Origin: Candidatus Marinacidobacterales bacterium
GTDB lineage: Bacteria; Acidobacteriota; Vicinamibacteria; Marinacidobacterales; SMYC01
Assembly (NCBI GenBank): GCA_965224085.1
Contig: CBDCYI010000011.1
Span: forward strand, 576,001 to 640,000
DNA length: 64,000 nt
Reading direction: 5' to 3'
Shown one piece after another: positions 30,924 to 42,000 of this stretch; the stretch's first letter is position 1, and every line of letters starts with the position of its first letter. The translations under genes and the position numbers were made by a program. The notes below the pieces were generated by a model. That model saw nothing but the letters and a program-made list of their open reading frames with translations. It was not told the origin of the DNA and did not search any database.

Positions 30924-33716
30924 TCAGGGTTGATGACGTATGACGCTGGGAAAGGAAGTTCCGACGGACCAACCCTGAGTTTTCGTAATTTGCGCGGGCT
31001 GGGTGAGTTTCTGGCCCCCGACTTTCAGGGTGACGAGATACGCGCCAATGGGGACCCATTGATCCGGCGTGTATACGCCTCTGCCACCCGCTCGACGTCC
31101 CCCCGCTGCCCCTTCCACACGCATGTTCCAGACGACGGTGTTGATGCCGGCCGCGGTCTCTCCCTTGAGTCGGGCAACCTCCGTGCCACGGAAATCGGTG
31201 ATGACGATGCTGGCTGAATCGTTCCGCGCGTTTTTCAGATAGTACTGGATCACCATCCCATTCGGCTCGTTCGGAGTCACGATGTACCGCTGGGAAAACA
31301 GCCTATCGTTCGCCCCGAAGGCCCAAATGATCCTCTGAACCGTCGGCTTGATCTCGAAAAGATGGGTATCCTTCACCAGAACCGTGTTGTTCAGCTCCTG
31401 GAGTGGACCGATATTCGTAATAAAAACACTTCGCCCCCACGTTCCGACCACCAGATCGTGCTCTCTCGGATGTACGCATAAATCGAGTACGGGGACATTG
31501 GGGATGTTGTTGTTCATCTTCAGCCACTTTTTCCCACGGTTGATCGAAACGAAGAGACCCCCGCCACTGCCAACGAAGAGAAGATCCGGATTCTTGTTAT
31601 CTTCCCACACGACGTGGATCGGCTCGTCCGGGAGGTTTCCGGAGATCGACGTCCAGGTCGCTCCAAAGTCGTCAGTGCTGTAAAGGAACGGACGGAAATC
31701 GTCCATCTTGTTTCCGCTCTTCGCCACGTAGGCCCGACGCGCCGCGTGGTTGGATGCGAACACCCGACTCACGTAGGCCTCTTTCGTGCCGCCCACGGCG
31801 GCGATGGCCTGCGTCCGGTCCGTCCACGCTCCGCCGCCGTTTTGAGTGATGTGCACCGTCCCGTCGCTCGTTCCGGTCCATATGACTCCCGGGCTCACCG
31901 GGGATTCCGAGATCGTCGATATTGCGAACCAATAGAGGGGTGCTTGAACGCCGGGCTCCGTCGAGGGAAGTAGCTTCGATGGATCGTTCGTGCTCAGGTC
32001 CGGACTGATCTCGGTCCAGTGCTCGCCCCGGTCGACCGACTTGAGGAGCACCTCGCCCCCCGTATAAATGGTGCTTCCGTTGTGCGGGGACATATGCAAG
32101 GGAGTCCCCCAGATGAACCGGTAGGGAGCGTCTCCCCCCGGCCTGGAGGGCCTGACGCTGACCCGGTACCCGAGCTTTTGATCTGTTCGGAAAATTCCTC
32201 CCCATTCGCTTGTTGTGTATGCCCATCGGCTGTCTTTCGGATCGACGCGGGTGAACATGCCGTCGCCGCTGCTGATCGCCACCCAGTCCAGGATGCTGAT
32301 GTTTCCCCTGGGGCCAATCGAGGGCGCTTTCCAATCCTCGTGGTCCTGTAGGGAGACGTAGATATTGTAGGGGTCCTCCATATCCACACTGACGCCATAG
32401 GCCTCGCCGACCGGGAGATGGGAAATATGGTCGCTGCTCTTCCCTCCGTCATGTGTAAGATAAAAGCCTGCGTCGTCTCCGATGATCATTCTGTCGGAAT
32501 TCTGAGGGTCGATCCACAATGTTCGGACATCGCCGAATATCCCGGGGAAAAGATCCGACCTACGCGAATTTCCGCCTCGCCAGGTCTTTCCTCCGTCGGC
32601 CGATTGCCACAGCTCGTTGCTCACGGCGAAGACGTTCTGGTCGTTGTTGGGATCGACTCTGACCTGCGCAAACCCGTCGCAATCTTCGTCTCCGGAGCCG
32701 ATATAGCCACTGCCTTTGGGAGACAGGTCGACATCCGGGGGATTCATCTTGGTCCAATTCCGGCCCCCGTCCTCGGTGCGATAGAGCTCTCCGCCGATCA
32801 ACCCCGCTCGCTGTCCGCCTCTACATCCCCGCGCCGTTCCTGCTTTCGTCCCCGGGTTGCCGTTATTCACAAGAGCGTACAAGATCTCGGGATTCTTGGG
32901 ATAGATATCGAGGCCGATCTTGCCGACCCGTCCCTCGGGCAATCCACCCGAGAGCCTCCTCCATGACCCACCACCGTCCACGGTTTTATGAATGCCGCTT
33001 TCAGGACCCGCGTTGACAAAGTTCCAAGGCGTCCTCCGCATATCGTATGTTGCGGCGTAGAGGATATTTGGGTTCTGAGGATTTATGACCAGATCGATCA
33101 CTCCGAGCCTGTTACTAACGAACATGACTCTTTCCCAGCTCCGGCCTCCATCTGTGGTCTTGAATACCCCTCTCGCTTCGTTCGCGGAATAGAGATGGCC
33201 CATGGCCGCCACATAGACGATGTCGGGATTCGTGGGGTGGATCACGACTCGCGAAACATGATGGGTATCTCGGAGGCCCGTGTTCGTCCACGTCTCACCT
33301 GCGTCTTCGGACTTGTAAACGCCGTCTCCGGGGAACGAACTGCGGGAGCCGCGTGTGTCTCCTGTCCCAACCCAGACGATATCAGGATTCGAAGGAGCCA
33401 CGGCGATGGCGCCGATCGTCGCTTTGTTCTGGCCGTCGAACACCGGCTTGAACGTTGTCCCGTTATTGGTTGTCTTGAAGACGCCGCCAGTCCAGGTAGC
33501 TACGTAGAATGTGTGGAGATGGTCAATGGCCGGAGAAGCCGGAGCAGCGATAGTGGAAGCTCTCGCTGACATTCTGAACGGCCCAACATTCCTGAATATG
33601 AAGGCCTGGAGCAGGTCCCTGTTGAAGAGATCTTGATCTTGGGCCTCCGCTCCGGCAGCCGAGACCAGAGCTAGTAAGACAACCAGGGAGGCTAGCAACA
33701 CTCGTTCAAGTTTCAT
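30924..33716 (-). CDS. VPS10/BNR repeat protein (glycosyl-hydrolase-like)
   Basis: FRNVGP, GGVFKTTNNGTTF, repeated Asp-boxes, GTWGRS. Confidence 0.9.
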   Translation of the reverse strand: MKLERVLLASLVVLLALVSAAGAEAQDQDLFNRDLLQAFIFRNVGPFRMSARASTIAAPASPAIDHLHTFYVATWTGGVFKTTNNGTTFKPVFDGQNKATIGAIAVAPSNPDIVWVGTGDTRGSRSSFPGDGVYKSEDAGETWTNTGLRDTHHVSRVVIHPTNPDIVYVAAMGHLYSANEARGVFKTTDGGRSWERVMFVSNRLGVIDLVINPQNPNILYAATYDMRRTPWNFVNAGPESGIHKTVDGGGSWRRLSGGLPEGRVGKIGLDIYPKNPEILYALVNNGNPGTKAGTARGCRGGQRAGLIGGELYRTEDGGRNWTKMNPPDVDLSPKGSGYIGSGDEDCDGFAQVRVDPNNDQNVFAVSNELWQSADGGKTWRGGNSRRSDLFPGIFGDVRTLWIDPQNSDRMIIGDDAGFYLTHDGGKSSDHISHLPVGEAYGVSVDMEDPYNIYVSLQDHEDWKAPSIGPRGNISILDWVAISSGDGMFTRVDPKDSRWAYTTSEWGGIFRTDQKLGYRVSVRPSRPGGDAPYRFIWGTPLHMSPHNGSTIYTGGEVLLKSVDRGEHWTEISPDLSTNDPSKLLPSTEPGVQAPLYWFAISTISESPVSPGVIWTGTSDGTVHITQNGGGAWTDRTQAIAAVGGTKEAYVSRVFASNHAARRAYVAKSGNKMDDFRPFLYSTDDFGATWTSISGNLPDEPIHVVWEDNKNPDLLFVGSGGGLFVSINRGKKWLKMNNNIPNVPVLDLCVHPREHDLVVGTWGRSVFITNIGPLQELNNTVLVKDTHLFEIKPTVQRIIWAFGANDRLFSQRYIVTPNEPNGMVIQYYLKNARNDSASIVITDFRGTEVARLKGETAAGINTVVWNMRVEGAAGGRRAGGRGVYTPDQWVPIGAYLVTLKVGGQKLTQPAQITKTQGWSVGTSFPSVIRHQP

Positions 33717-33739
33717 GTGTCGTTCTTATCACGGGACAG

Positions 33740-33876
33740 GCACGCTCGTAGCTACGACACCCCAGCGCTTGGTCGACTTCTTCCTCGAGCACAACCTCGA
33801 TCGCCTCCAGTACCCGCTTACGCAGCCGAAGTTGGACGAACTCCCGTTTCAAACCGATTTTCATTTTAGCTTTCAT
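33740..33876 (-). mobile_element. IS256-family transposase N-terminal remnant
   Basis: RBS GGAGGA and ATG at 33876; MKAKMKIG...RVLEAIEVVLEEEVDQALGCRSYERA, then homology ends. Confidence 0.6.
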
Positions 33877-34129
33877 AAGTCCTCCTTTTTGTCGCGATTT
33901 GGAAGAGGCGCTAATTTTAGATTTTGTGGAAACGAAACGTTCCTCGTATCTGGATATATGACCGACGAGTAACGCAGACAGACGGGATGCATCGGCGTTC
34001 GAATGCCACCGTAGTTATGAAACAGGGTGCTTAGCGAGCCAGAGAAGGCGGGAACCCCCGGCCCGAGCCCCTTCACTGTGATAAGCTCCGCTCGCGTGAC
34101 CGACCGCTTCAATCCAAAGGAGAGGAGAA

Positions 34130-36493
34130 ATGAGTTTCGCAACGACTCTCTTGCTTCTAGGCCTCCTCGGAGTGGGGATCTCCGAGGCTCAGACTAGCGC
34201 TCGACGCGCCCAAAGCGATCACCTGCTCACATTGGAAGGCATCGCTCGCGACCCCGCCGAGTGGATCGGCTCGTCGCCCGCCGAGGTGGCGTGGTCCGAG
34301 GATGGGCAGTCGATTTATTTCATGTGGAACCCCGAAGCCAAGGAGGAGGCGGAGCTGTTTGTGATTTCTCGCGACGGTGGGAGGCCGATCAGGGTCGAGC
34401 AACGCTGGCTCGTCCCGACCCGCGAAGGGGAGACAGACAAGGACAGCACCCTCAAAGTCTACGAAGCCCACGGCGATATCTTCCTGTTCACCATCGCCAG
34501 TGGCGCGGTTCGACGGCTGACGCAGACCGAGGCCGAAGAGCGCAACCCACGCTTCACTTTCGATCAGAAGGCGATCACCTTCGAACAGGACCAGAATTTG
34601 TTCCGCATCGCCGTCGAGAGTGGCAATCTCAGCCAAATTACCAACTTCAAGACCGGCAAAGACCCCGAGGCGAAGCCGAAACACACCCAGCTCCAGGAGT
34701 ACCTCGAAGTGCAGCAGCAGGAGCTCTTCGAGTACCTGCGCAAAGAAGATCGCCTCGAAAAGGAGCGAAAAGAACGGGAGAAGGTCGAGCGGGGCAACAG
34801 CCTCGACCCCGTCTACCTCGAACAAGGCCAGCGGGTATCGGATCTTGCTTTGTCACCGGACGGGCGGTTCGTCACGTTCATTCTCAGCGATCGGTCGAAG
34901 GCCGAGGACGGCCGGGTGGTCGACATGCCCAAGTACGTGACTAAGAGCGGCTTCGTGGAAACCGAGAACCTCCGCAGCGGGTTCGGCATCGGGAGAGTCA
35001 AAGCCGGCGAGCCGGTGGTGAGCTATCGTCTCGGAGCCCTGAGCCTCGCCAATAACCAGATCGCCTGGGTGGACCACGGGCAGGGAGATCGCGCCATCAA
35101 TTTCAATGCGCCGACCTGGTCCGAAGATGGAACCAAAGCTGTTGCCTGGGCGGGGTCGGTCGACCACAAGGACGCTTGGCTGCTGCTTCTCGACCTGGCA
35201 GCGGGAACGGCGCGGCCCATCGTACACGAGCACGACGACGCCTGGGTCCGTGGGTTTCGGGCCGGCCGTGGTGGGCGTGACGGTCTCACCTACGGCTTCC
35301 TGCCCGACAACGAGGGCGTCTATTTCTTCTCCGAGCGCGACGGTTTCTATCACCTGTATGTGACCGACGTGCAGGGCGGCGAGCCGAAACAGCTCACGCG
35401 CGGGAATTTCGAGCTCGCGGACCTTCGCTTGTCCAAGGACAAAGACACGTGGTACTTCACGTCGACGGAAGTCCACCCTGGAGAGCACCGGCTCTATTCG
35501 ATGCCATTGGCCGGCGGTCCGCCGACGGGCCTCACATCAAGGCCGGGATGGTACACGTACGAGCTCTCTCCCGACGAGCAGATGGTCGCTTTGACCTACA
35601 GCTCGCCGACGGAACCGGCGGAGCTCTTCGTCATGCCCAATCGGCCCGGCGCGGAGGAGAAGCGGCTGACGGTCTCAACGACCGAGGAATTTGGAAGCTA
35701 CCCGTGGCGATCGAGCGACATCGTCACTTTCGACGATGGCGAGGGGCATACGATTCATGCCGACGTCTGGCAGCCCGAGCAGCCACATCCGTCGCGACCG
35801 GCTATCATTCGCGTGCATGGAGGCGGGTGGTCACAGGGCGTCTATCGTCGCTGGTCGAACGGCGTCCCGTTCTATCACTACCTGGTTCAAGAAGGCTTCA
35901 CCGTCCTCAACATCGATTACCGTGGCAGCCGCGGCTACGGCCGCGATTTCCGGACCGGAATATACCGGCACATGGGGGAGACCGAGATCAAGAGCGTGCT
36001 CGCTGCCGTCGAGGTCTTGGTCGAGCAGTATGACGTCGACCGTCGTCGGATCGGCATTTTTGGTGGAAGCTACGGGGGTTTCCTGACGCTCATGGCGCTG
36101 TTCAAGCATCCGGGAGTATTCGCGGCGGGGGCGGTACGGGCACCCGTGACCGACTGGGCTCATTACAGCCACGGCTATACGACACGAATTCTCAACAACC
36201 CCTACGACGACACGGAGGCCTACGAGCGCAGCTCACCGATCTTTTTCGCGGAAGGCTTTCAGGATCACCTCCTCATTCAACATGGCGTGGAAGACAACAA
36301 CGTGCACTTCCAGGACTCGGTGCGATTGGCGCAAAGACTCCTCGAGCTCAAGAAGGACAACTGGGAGATTATGCTGTATCCCATCGAAGCTCACAGCTTG
36401 CGGGGAGAGGAGTACAATCGCCTCGACGTCATGCGCCGGCGGGTCAAGTTGTTCAACCGGGTTTTGAAGGGCCCGAGGCCGGGTGAAAGCTAG
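34130..36493 (+). CDS. S9-family (DPP IV-like) peptidase
   Basis: HGGGW, DYRGSRGYG, GGSYGG, HGVEDNNVHFQD, EAH. Confidence 0.92.
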   Translation: MSFATTLLLLGLLGVGISEAQTSARRAQSDHLLTLEGIARDPAEWIGSSPAEVAWSEDGQSIYFMWNPEAKEEAELFVISRDGGRPIRVEQRWLVPTREGETDKDSTLKVYEAHGDIFLFTIASGAVRRLTQTEAEERNPRFTFDQKAITFEQDQNLFRIAVESGNLSQITNFKTGKDPEAKPKHTQLQEYLEVQQQELFEYLRKEDRLEKERKEREKVERGNSLDPVYLEQGQRVSDLALSPDGRFVTFILSDRSKAEDGRVVDMPKYVTKSGFVETENLRSGFGIGRVKAGEPVVSYRLGALSLANNQIAWVDHGQGDRAINFNAPTWSEDGTKAVAWAGSVDHKDAWLLLLDLAAGTARPIVHEHDDAWVRGFRAGRGGRDGLTYGFLPDNEGVYFFSERDGFYHLYVTDVQGGEPKQLTRGNFELADLRLSKDKDTWYFTSTEVHPGEHRLYSMPLAGGPPTGLTSRPGWYTYELSPDEQMVALTYSSPTEPAELFVMPNRPGAEEKRLTVSTTEEFGSYPWRSSDIVTFDDGEGHTIHADVWQPEQPHPSRPAIIRVHGGGWSQGVYRRWSNGVPFYHYLVQEGFTVLNIDYRGSRGYGRDFRTGIYRHMGETEIKSVLAAVEVLVEQYDVDRRRIGIFGGSYGGFLTLMALFKHPGVFAAGAVRAPVTDWAHYSHGYTTRILNNPYDDTEAYERSSPIFFAEGFQDHLLIQHGVEDNNVHFQDSVRLAQRLLELKKDNWEIMLYPIEAHSLRGEEYNRLDVMRRRVKLFNRVLKGPRPGES

Positions 36494-36509
36494 GATAGGA
36501 ACAGTCTGG

Positions 36510-36770
36510 AGCCGCCCTCCTGGCGCTTACTGAGCTTCAAAAACGCTCTCCTCGAGTCTCTATCGGTACGGCTCGGACTTGAATCTACGGATACCCGACC
36601 ACACCACGTTGTCGCGTCGAGCGAAGTGCCTCAGTGTACAGGTCGTCCATCGTCGCTCCGGTGAACCTCTTCATATGTTGGTGGATAGCACCGGTTTGAA
36701 CGTGTACGTTGACAGCGAGTGGAGAAAGTACAGTAGCCGCCGGCTGTGGCGAAAACTTGATTTGGTGGTC
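36510..36770 (+). mobile_element. IS5-family (IS903-group-like) transposase internal remnant
   Basis: LRIPDHTTLSRR...LHMLVDSTGL.V...EW...RRLWRKL. Confidence 0.75.
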
Positions 36771-38507
36771 TTATCGCTTTTTCATGTAGTCGGCGACTAC
36801 ACCAATAAACTCCGCGTAGGTCATTTGTCGTTCGGGCTCGACGGGACTGTGGCCTATCCAGGAGTGATGTCCTCGCCAGCCGTACTGAAATGTGGCCATA
36901 GCAGGGGGGGCCGTGGTTGAATCGAGAAACTCTTGGATCATGTGAACTCCCTCGTTGAGATAGGAGTTGTCCGTGATCCCTACCGCGAAATGAAGCTTCC
37001 CTTGAAGATCGGGTCCTAGAGTGGACCAGTTGTCTTTGAGCTTTTTAGCAATGTCGAAATGGTCGCCCCAGTGCTGCGCAACTGTGCGATCGATCGCTCC
37101 CGTCTCGGGATCCCATAGCGGAGCGGGGTAGCCGTTGTCACCCACTGGGCTGTAGAGTGCTTCCCAAGCGGCCAGTTGCCCACCCGATCTTCCTTTGTCC
37201 CCGATGGTTTGGTCGTAGTGGAAGGCGTTACGGATGGTGAATCGCACCAAACCGTCGATATCCCGCCTGCGAGGACGCTCCGTTCGAAGCCAGGCGTACT
37301 CCCGGTAGAAGGCGTTAGTGTCTTCGTAGATGTTCATCTGTGTGTATTTTCGAAAATCGATCGGATCCGGCGCCCAGACCCAAGTGCCGCCGAAAAACTC
37401 TGGATACCACACCATCATGGCCAATGCCTCCCACCCACCGGTGGAGCGTCCCGCTAGGGCTCGCGCCCAAGGCTCGCGAATGATGCGGAAGTTCTCTTCG
37501 AGGTAGGGAATGAGCTCTTCTATGATGCCATCGCCGTAGGGTCCGAGATTGGCGGTGTTGACCGAGTAAGACGTATCGAAGTACGGATTCGAGTCTCGGA
37601 AGGTCACGACGATCATCTTGGGAAGAGCACCACTCGTCCAGGCTTCGTAGAAGCCATCGAGTTGGTTGTCGATTCCCGGATTGTCGATCGTGAAGCCTTC
37701 CTTGAACCAGGGGTCGGGCGCATAGGGAACCGGCGTAAAACCGGACGAGTGCCCTTGCATGTAGAGAACCGGGTAGTCAACGTCGGGATTTTCTTCGTAA
37801 TCCTTCGGGAGAAGCACGTTGGCGCCGATATACATATCGTGACCCCAAAACTCGGAGACCTTTTCGCTCTTGACCTTGACGTACTTCACCCACTCCGTGT
37901 CATCGTAGAGGCCTTGCTGTAACACCTCGCCCGACTTCAAGGGACGGGAAGGAAGAATGACCTCGGTCAGCTTTAGTTCCACCGTCTCGTTGCGACTTGG
38001 ATCCAAATGGAGTTTTTGCGGTTCGCTGTAAAGGTTTCCCGGCGAACGGAAAAGTTTCTGATGCGCTCCGCTGTTGAGATGCATCTCGACGACATGCCCG
38101 TCCGCGCGGTGGAAGGTGGTGTAAACGTTCAAAAACGCTTGAATGGTGTAGTCCTCCGGCGGAATATCTCGGATGTTTTCTAACAGATATCCTCGAATGG
38201 AAGGGTCGCCGTCGGAAAAGACGACGCGGTCGCCGCTCTCGAGCTCGCGCACATCCTTGCCCCATAGAGGCACACCCATGATGCCGGCTTGCTCGCGGGG
38301 CTCGGACTCCTCGTCTCGGGTGATAATGACGAAAACGCGCCCCGTCACGGGAACCTTCAGAGCGAGATCGGCAATCCTCGACGCAGCTCGCTCGGTGAAA
38401 TGCACCTCGAGCTTGAGAGGAAATTCCGTTTGTGAGCCTCTACATCCTACGGCAAGAATCAGAAGGGAAAGAGCGACACCGGGCAATCTCCGACTCTTCT
38501 TTGTCAT
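36771..38507 (-). CDS. Putative lipoprotein esterase (alpha/beta hydrolase)
   Basis: Lipobox-like LAVGC, YFDTSYSVNTANLGPY, GRSTGG, APDPIDF. Confidence 0.85.
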   Translation of the reverse strand: MTKKSRRLPGVALSLLILAVGCRGSQTEFPLKLEVHFTERAASRIADLALKVPVTGRVFVIITRDEESEPREQAGIMGVPLWGKDVRELESGDRVVFSDGDPSIRGYLLENIRDIPPEDYTIQAFLNVYTTFHRADGHVVEMHLNSGAHQKLFRSPGNLYSEPQKLHLDPSRNETVELKLTEVILPSRPLKSGEVLQQGLYDDTEWVKYVKVKSEKVSEFWGHDMYIGANVLLPKDYEENPDVDYPVLYMQGHSSGFTPVPYAPDPWFKEGFTIDNPGIDNQLDGFYEAWTSGALPKMIVVTFRDSNPYFDTSYSVNTANLGPYGDGIIEELIPYLEENFRIIREPWARALAGRSTGGWEALAMMVWYPEFFGGTWVWAPDPIDFRKYTQMNIYEDTNAFYREYAWLRTERPRRRDIDGLVRFTIRNAFHYDQTIGDKGRSGGQLAAWEALYSPVGDNGYPAPLWDPETGAIDRTVAQHWGDHFDIAKKLKDNWSTLGPDLQGKLHFAVGITDNSYLNEGVHMIQEFLDSTTAPPAMATFQYGWRGHHSWIGHSPVEPERQMTYAEFIGVVADYMKKR

Positions 38508-38600
38508 TGGATCGGCTCCCCTGTTTATTTCATGCGCGAAGGATTGTATTCTTCTTCGTCGTAGGGATCCAATCTCAGACCATTCAGGAGAGACTGAAAC

Positions 38601-38925
38601 ATGCTGACAAGCTATCTTTCGAACCTCATCACACGTCAGCTGCGCGCTTTGAGTCGTGAGATCCTATCGTTTCCCGACGATGATGCTGAATGGCGTACGC
38701 CGCCCGGCGTCACCAATTCTGCTGGCACCCTGGTATTGTCAAGTTGGCGGATCGGGCCCCAATATAATGGAGCTCGAGCGTACACCGTCAACGACATCTT
38801 GCGGTCGGATTCGCCTGGGAGCCCTCAACTTGACAATACGGTTCGACAGGATCGCCCTCGAGTGGTTCGACAATTATCTGAAGGGCGAGCAGGGGGGCTG
38901 GGCGGAGCGGATCGCCGGGAAATGA
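38601..38925 (+). pseudogene. Mosaic remnant: DinB-like N-terminus joined to fragments ending in a hydrolase-like WFDNYLKG segment
   Basis: MLT...ILSFPDDDAEWRTPPGVTNSAGTLVL with RBS AGGAG, followed by unrelated segments. Confidence 0.5.
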
Positions 38926-39051
38926 ACCTGGCAAAACAACAATGGCTGGGAATCCGCTCGAACGATTGAGCGCCTTCGGAAAGTGAAGATGGTTTTCAAG
39001 GGAGGAATCCGCTATAAGTAGGCGCGCTAGATAACCACAGGGGGGTCGACG

Positions 39052-42000
39052 ATGTTGGCAACGCGTGGCGTTTTGTCGGTTACGGTCTCGGTGGCGCTGG
39101 CCGCCGCGGCGTTCGCGAAGGGATCGGCCCAAGGGATCGCGCCGGAGCAGTACCAGGAGCTTCCCTACCGGTTCATCGGGCCGGAGGGGAGCCGTGTCAC
39201 CTCGGTGGTCGGTGTGCCGGGCGACCCGAAGGTCTACTATGCGGGAGGGGCCTCCGGAGGGATCTTCAAGAGCACCGACGGTGGCACGCACTGGGAGCCG
39301 ATTTTCGACGATCAACCGGTCTCCTCCATCGGCTCACTGGCGGTGGCCGCCTCCGACCCCAACATCGTCTGGGCCGGGACGGGAGAGAGCTTCATCCGCA
39401 GCAACGTCTCCCTCGGCAACGGCATCTACAAGAGCACCGACGGTGGCGAGACCTGGCAGCACATGGGGCTCGAGGCCACTGGTCGGATCGGGCGTGTCAT
39501 CATCCACCCCACCGATCCCGACATCGTGTTTGCCGCCGCTCAAGGACACAGCTACGGCCCACAGCCTGAGCGCGGCGTGTTCAGGACCAAGGACGGCGGC
39601 GACAGCTGGGAGCGTGTGTTGTTCGTGGACGAAAACGCCGGGGCCTCGGACATCGCCATGGATCCCAACAACCCCAGAATCCTGTTCGCCGGCATCTGGC
39701 AGCTCGAGATCCACACCTGGGGCCGCACCAGCGGCGGTTCGAGCAGCGGCCTCTGGGTCTCCAGGGACGGCGGCGATACCTGGGTGGAGCTCACCCGTCC
39801 CGTGGAAGACGGTGGCGCTCCGGGCCTTCCCCACAAGCCCCTCGGCAAGATCGCCGTGGCGGTGGGGCCCTCCGACTCGAGCCGCATCTACGCCCTGATC
39901 GAGACCGGAGACGGGGTCCCCTGGGAGCACGGCGAGACCGACACCGGCGAGCTGTGGCGCTCCGACGACGGCGGCGACGCCTGGATGCTGGTGAGCTACA
40001 ACCGCAACCTCGCCGGCCGCACCGCCTACTACTCTCGGGTGGTGGTGAGCCCCGACGACGCCGACGAGGCCTACTTCGTGGCCGGCGCCTTCAGCAAGAC
40101 AAGCGACGGAGGCGAGACGGCGACCAGCATGACCTACGTCGGCGAGCGGCCCCTGGGCGACAACCACGACACCTGGATCGACCCCACCGACGGCGATCGG
40201 ATGATCGTCGGCAACGACGGCGGCCTCGCCATCACGGTGAACCGGGGTCGTACCTGGCGCCGCGTCCACCTCCCCAACGCCCAGATGTACCACGTGGCGG
40301 TGGACAACCGGATTCCCTACTACGTCTATGGCAACCGGCAGGACGGACCTTCCGTCCGGGGCCCGAGCAACAGCCGGCTGCAACCCGCCCCCGGGATGGC
40401 GTTCCACGGCATCCCCAAGTCGATGTGGCACTCGGTGGGTGGAGGCGAGAGCGGATTCGCGGTGCCCGACCCGGTGGACCCCGACATCACCTGGGCCACC
40501 GCCAGCGGCTCTGGCGCCGTCGGTGGGATCGTGGAGCGCTTCAGCGAGCGAACCCGCCAGTTTCGCAGGGTGGAGGTCTGGCCGGAGGCTACCCGAGGCC
40601 GGCCGGCAGCGGAGCTCGTGTACCGCTTCAACTGGACCTTCCCCATCGTGATCTCACCACACGACCACAATACGGTCTACGTCAGCAGCCAACACGTTCA
40701 CCGGACCACCGACGGGGGAAACAGCTGGCAAGTGATCAGCCCGGACCTCAGCACCAACGACAAGAGCAAGCAGCAGATCTCCGGGGGCCTCACCCCTGAC
40801 AACATCGGGGTGGAGTACTGCTGCGTGGTTTTCGCCATCGACGAGTCGCCGCTTCAGGAAGGAGTCCTCTGGGCTGGCAGCAACGACGGCCTGGTGCAAG
40901 TCACCCGAGACGGGGGCCAGAGCTGGACGAACGTCACCGAGAACATCCCGGGCCTGCCGCCATGGGGCACCGTGAGCAACATCGATGCCTCGCGGTATGA
41001 GGCTGGCAAGGCCTACATCACGGTGGACTTCCACCAGGTGAACGACCGCCGCCCATATGTTTACAAAACCGACGACTACGGTCGGACCTGGACGAAGATC
41101 GTCTCCGGCATCCCCGAGAGCCCACTCAGCTACGCCCACTGCGTGCGCGAGGACCCGGTGCGGCCGGGGCTACTGTACGTGGGCACCGAGAACGCTTTGT
41201 ACGTCTCCTTCGACGACGGGGCGAGCTGGCAGTCGCTACAGAACAACCTGCCGCATGCGCCGGTGCATTGGATCGAGGTCCAGGAGCACTTCAACGACCT
41301 GGTGGTGAGCACCTACGGCCGCGGTTTCTGGATCCTGGACGACATCACGCCGCTTCAGCAGCTCAACGACCCGGTGCGGGGCGCGGCCGCGCACCTGTTC
41401 GAGCCCCGGGCTGCCTACCGCCTACGACCGATCACCCGCCCCACAAGCGCCTCCTATTTCGCCGCCTACGACCCCACGGCAGGGGAGAACCCGCCCAACG
41501 GGGCGTCGATCAACTACTGGCTGGGCGCCGAGCCCGATGGCGAGGTGACGGTGGAGATCCTCAGCCATACCGGTGAGGTGATCCGCACCCTCGAGGGAAC
41601 CCGCAACGTGGGTATCAACCGGATCTGGTGGGACCTTCAGAACGAGCCCTCCAGCGAGATCCGCCTGCGCACCAAACCCCTCTACGCCCCCGAGGTGAGG
41701 CTCGGCCCCGACCGCTGGCGGCCCTTTCCCGGGGGCGGGCGCATCTCGGTGCTGATGCCGCCCGGCACCTACACAGTGCGGCTGACAGCGGCCGGGCGTA
41801 AGCTCACCCGGCAGCTCGAGGTCCGCAAGGATCCCATTACCGAGGGAACCGAGGCCGACATCGCCGCCCAAACCGACCTGCTGTTCGAGATCCGTGACGA
41901 CCTCGACGTGGTCGCGGGCATGATCAACGAGATCGAGTGGATCCGCCGCCAGCTCTACGATCTGACGGACGTCCTTAAGGGCGACGACAGGGCCGCCGAC

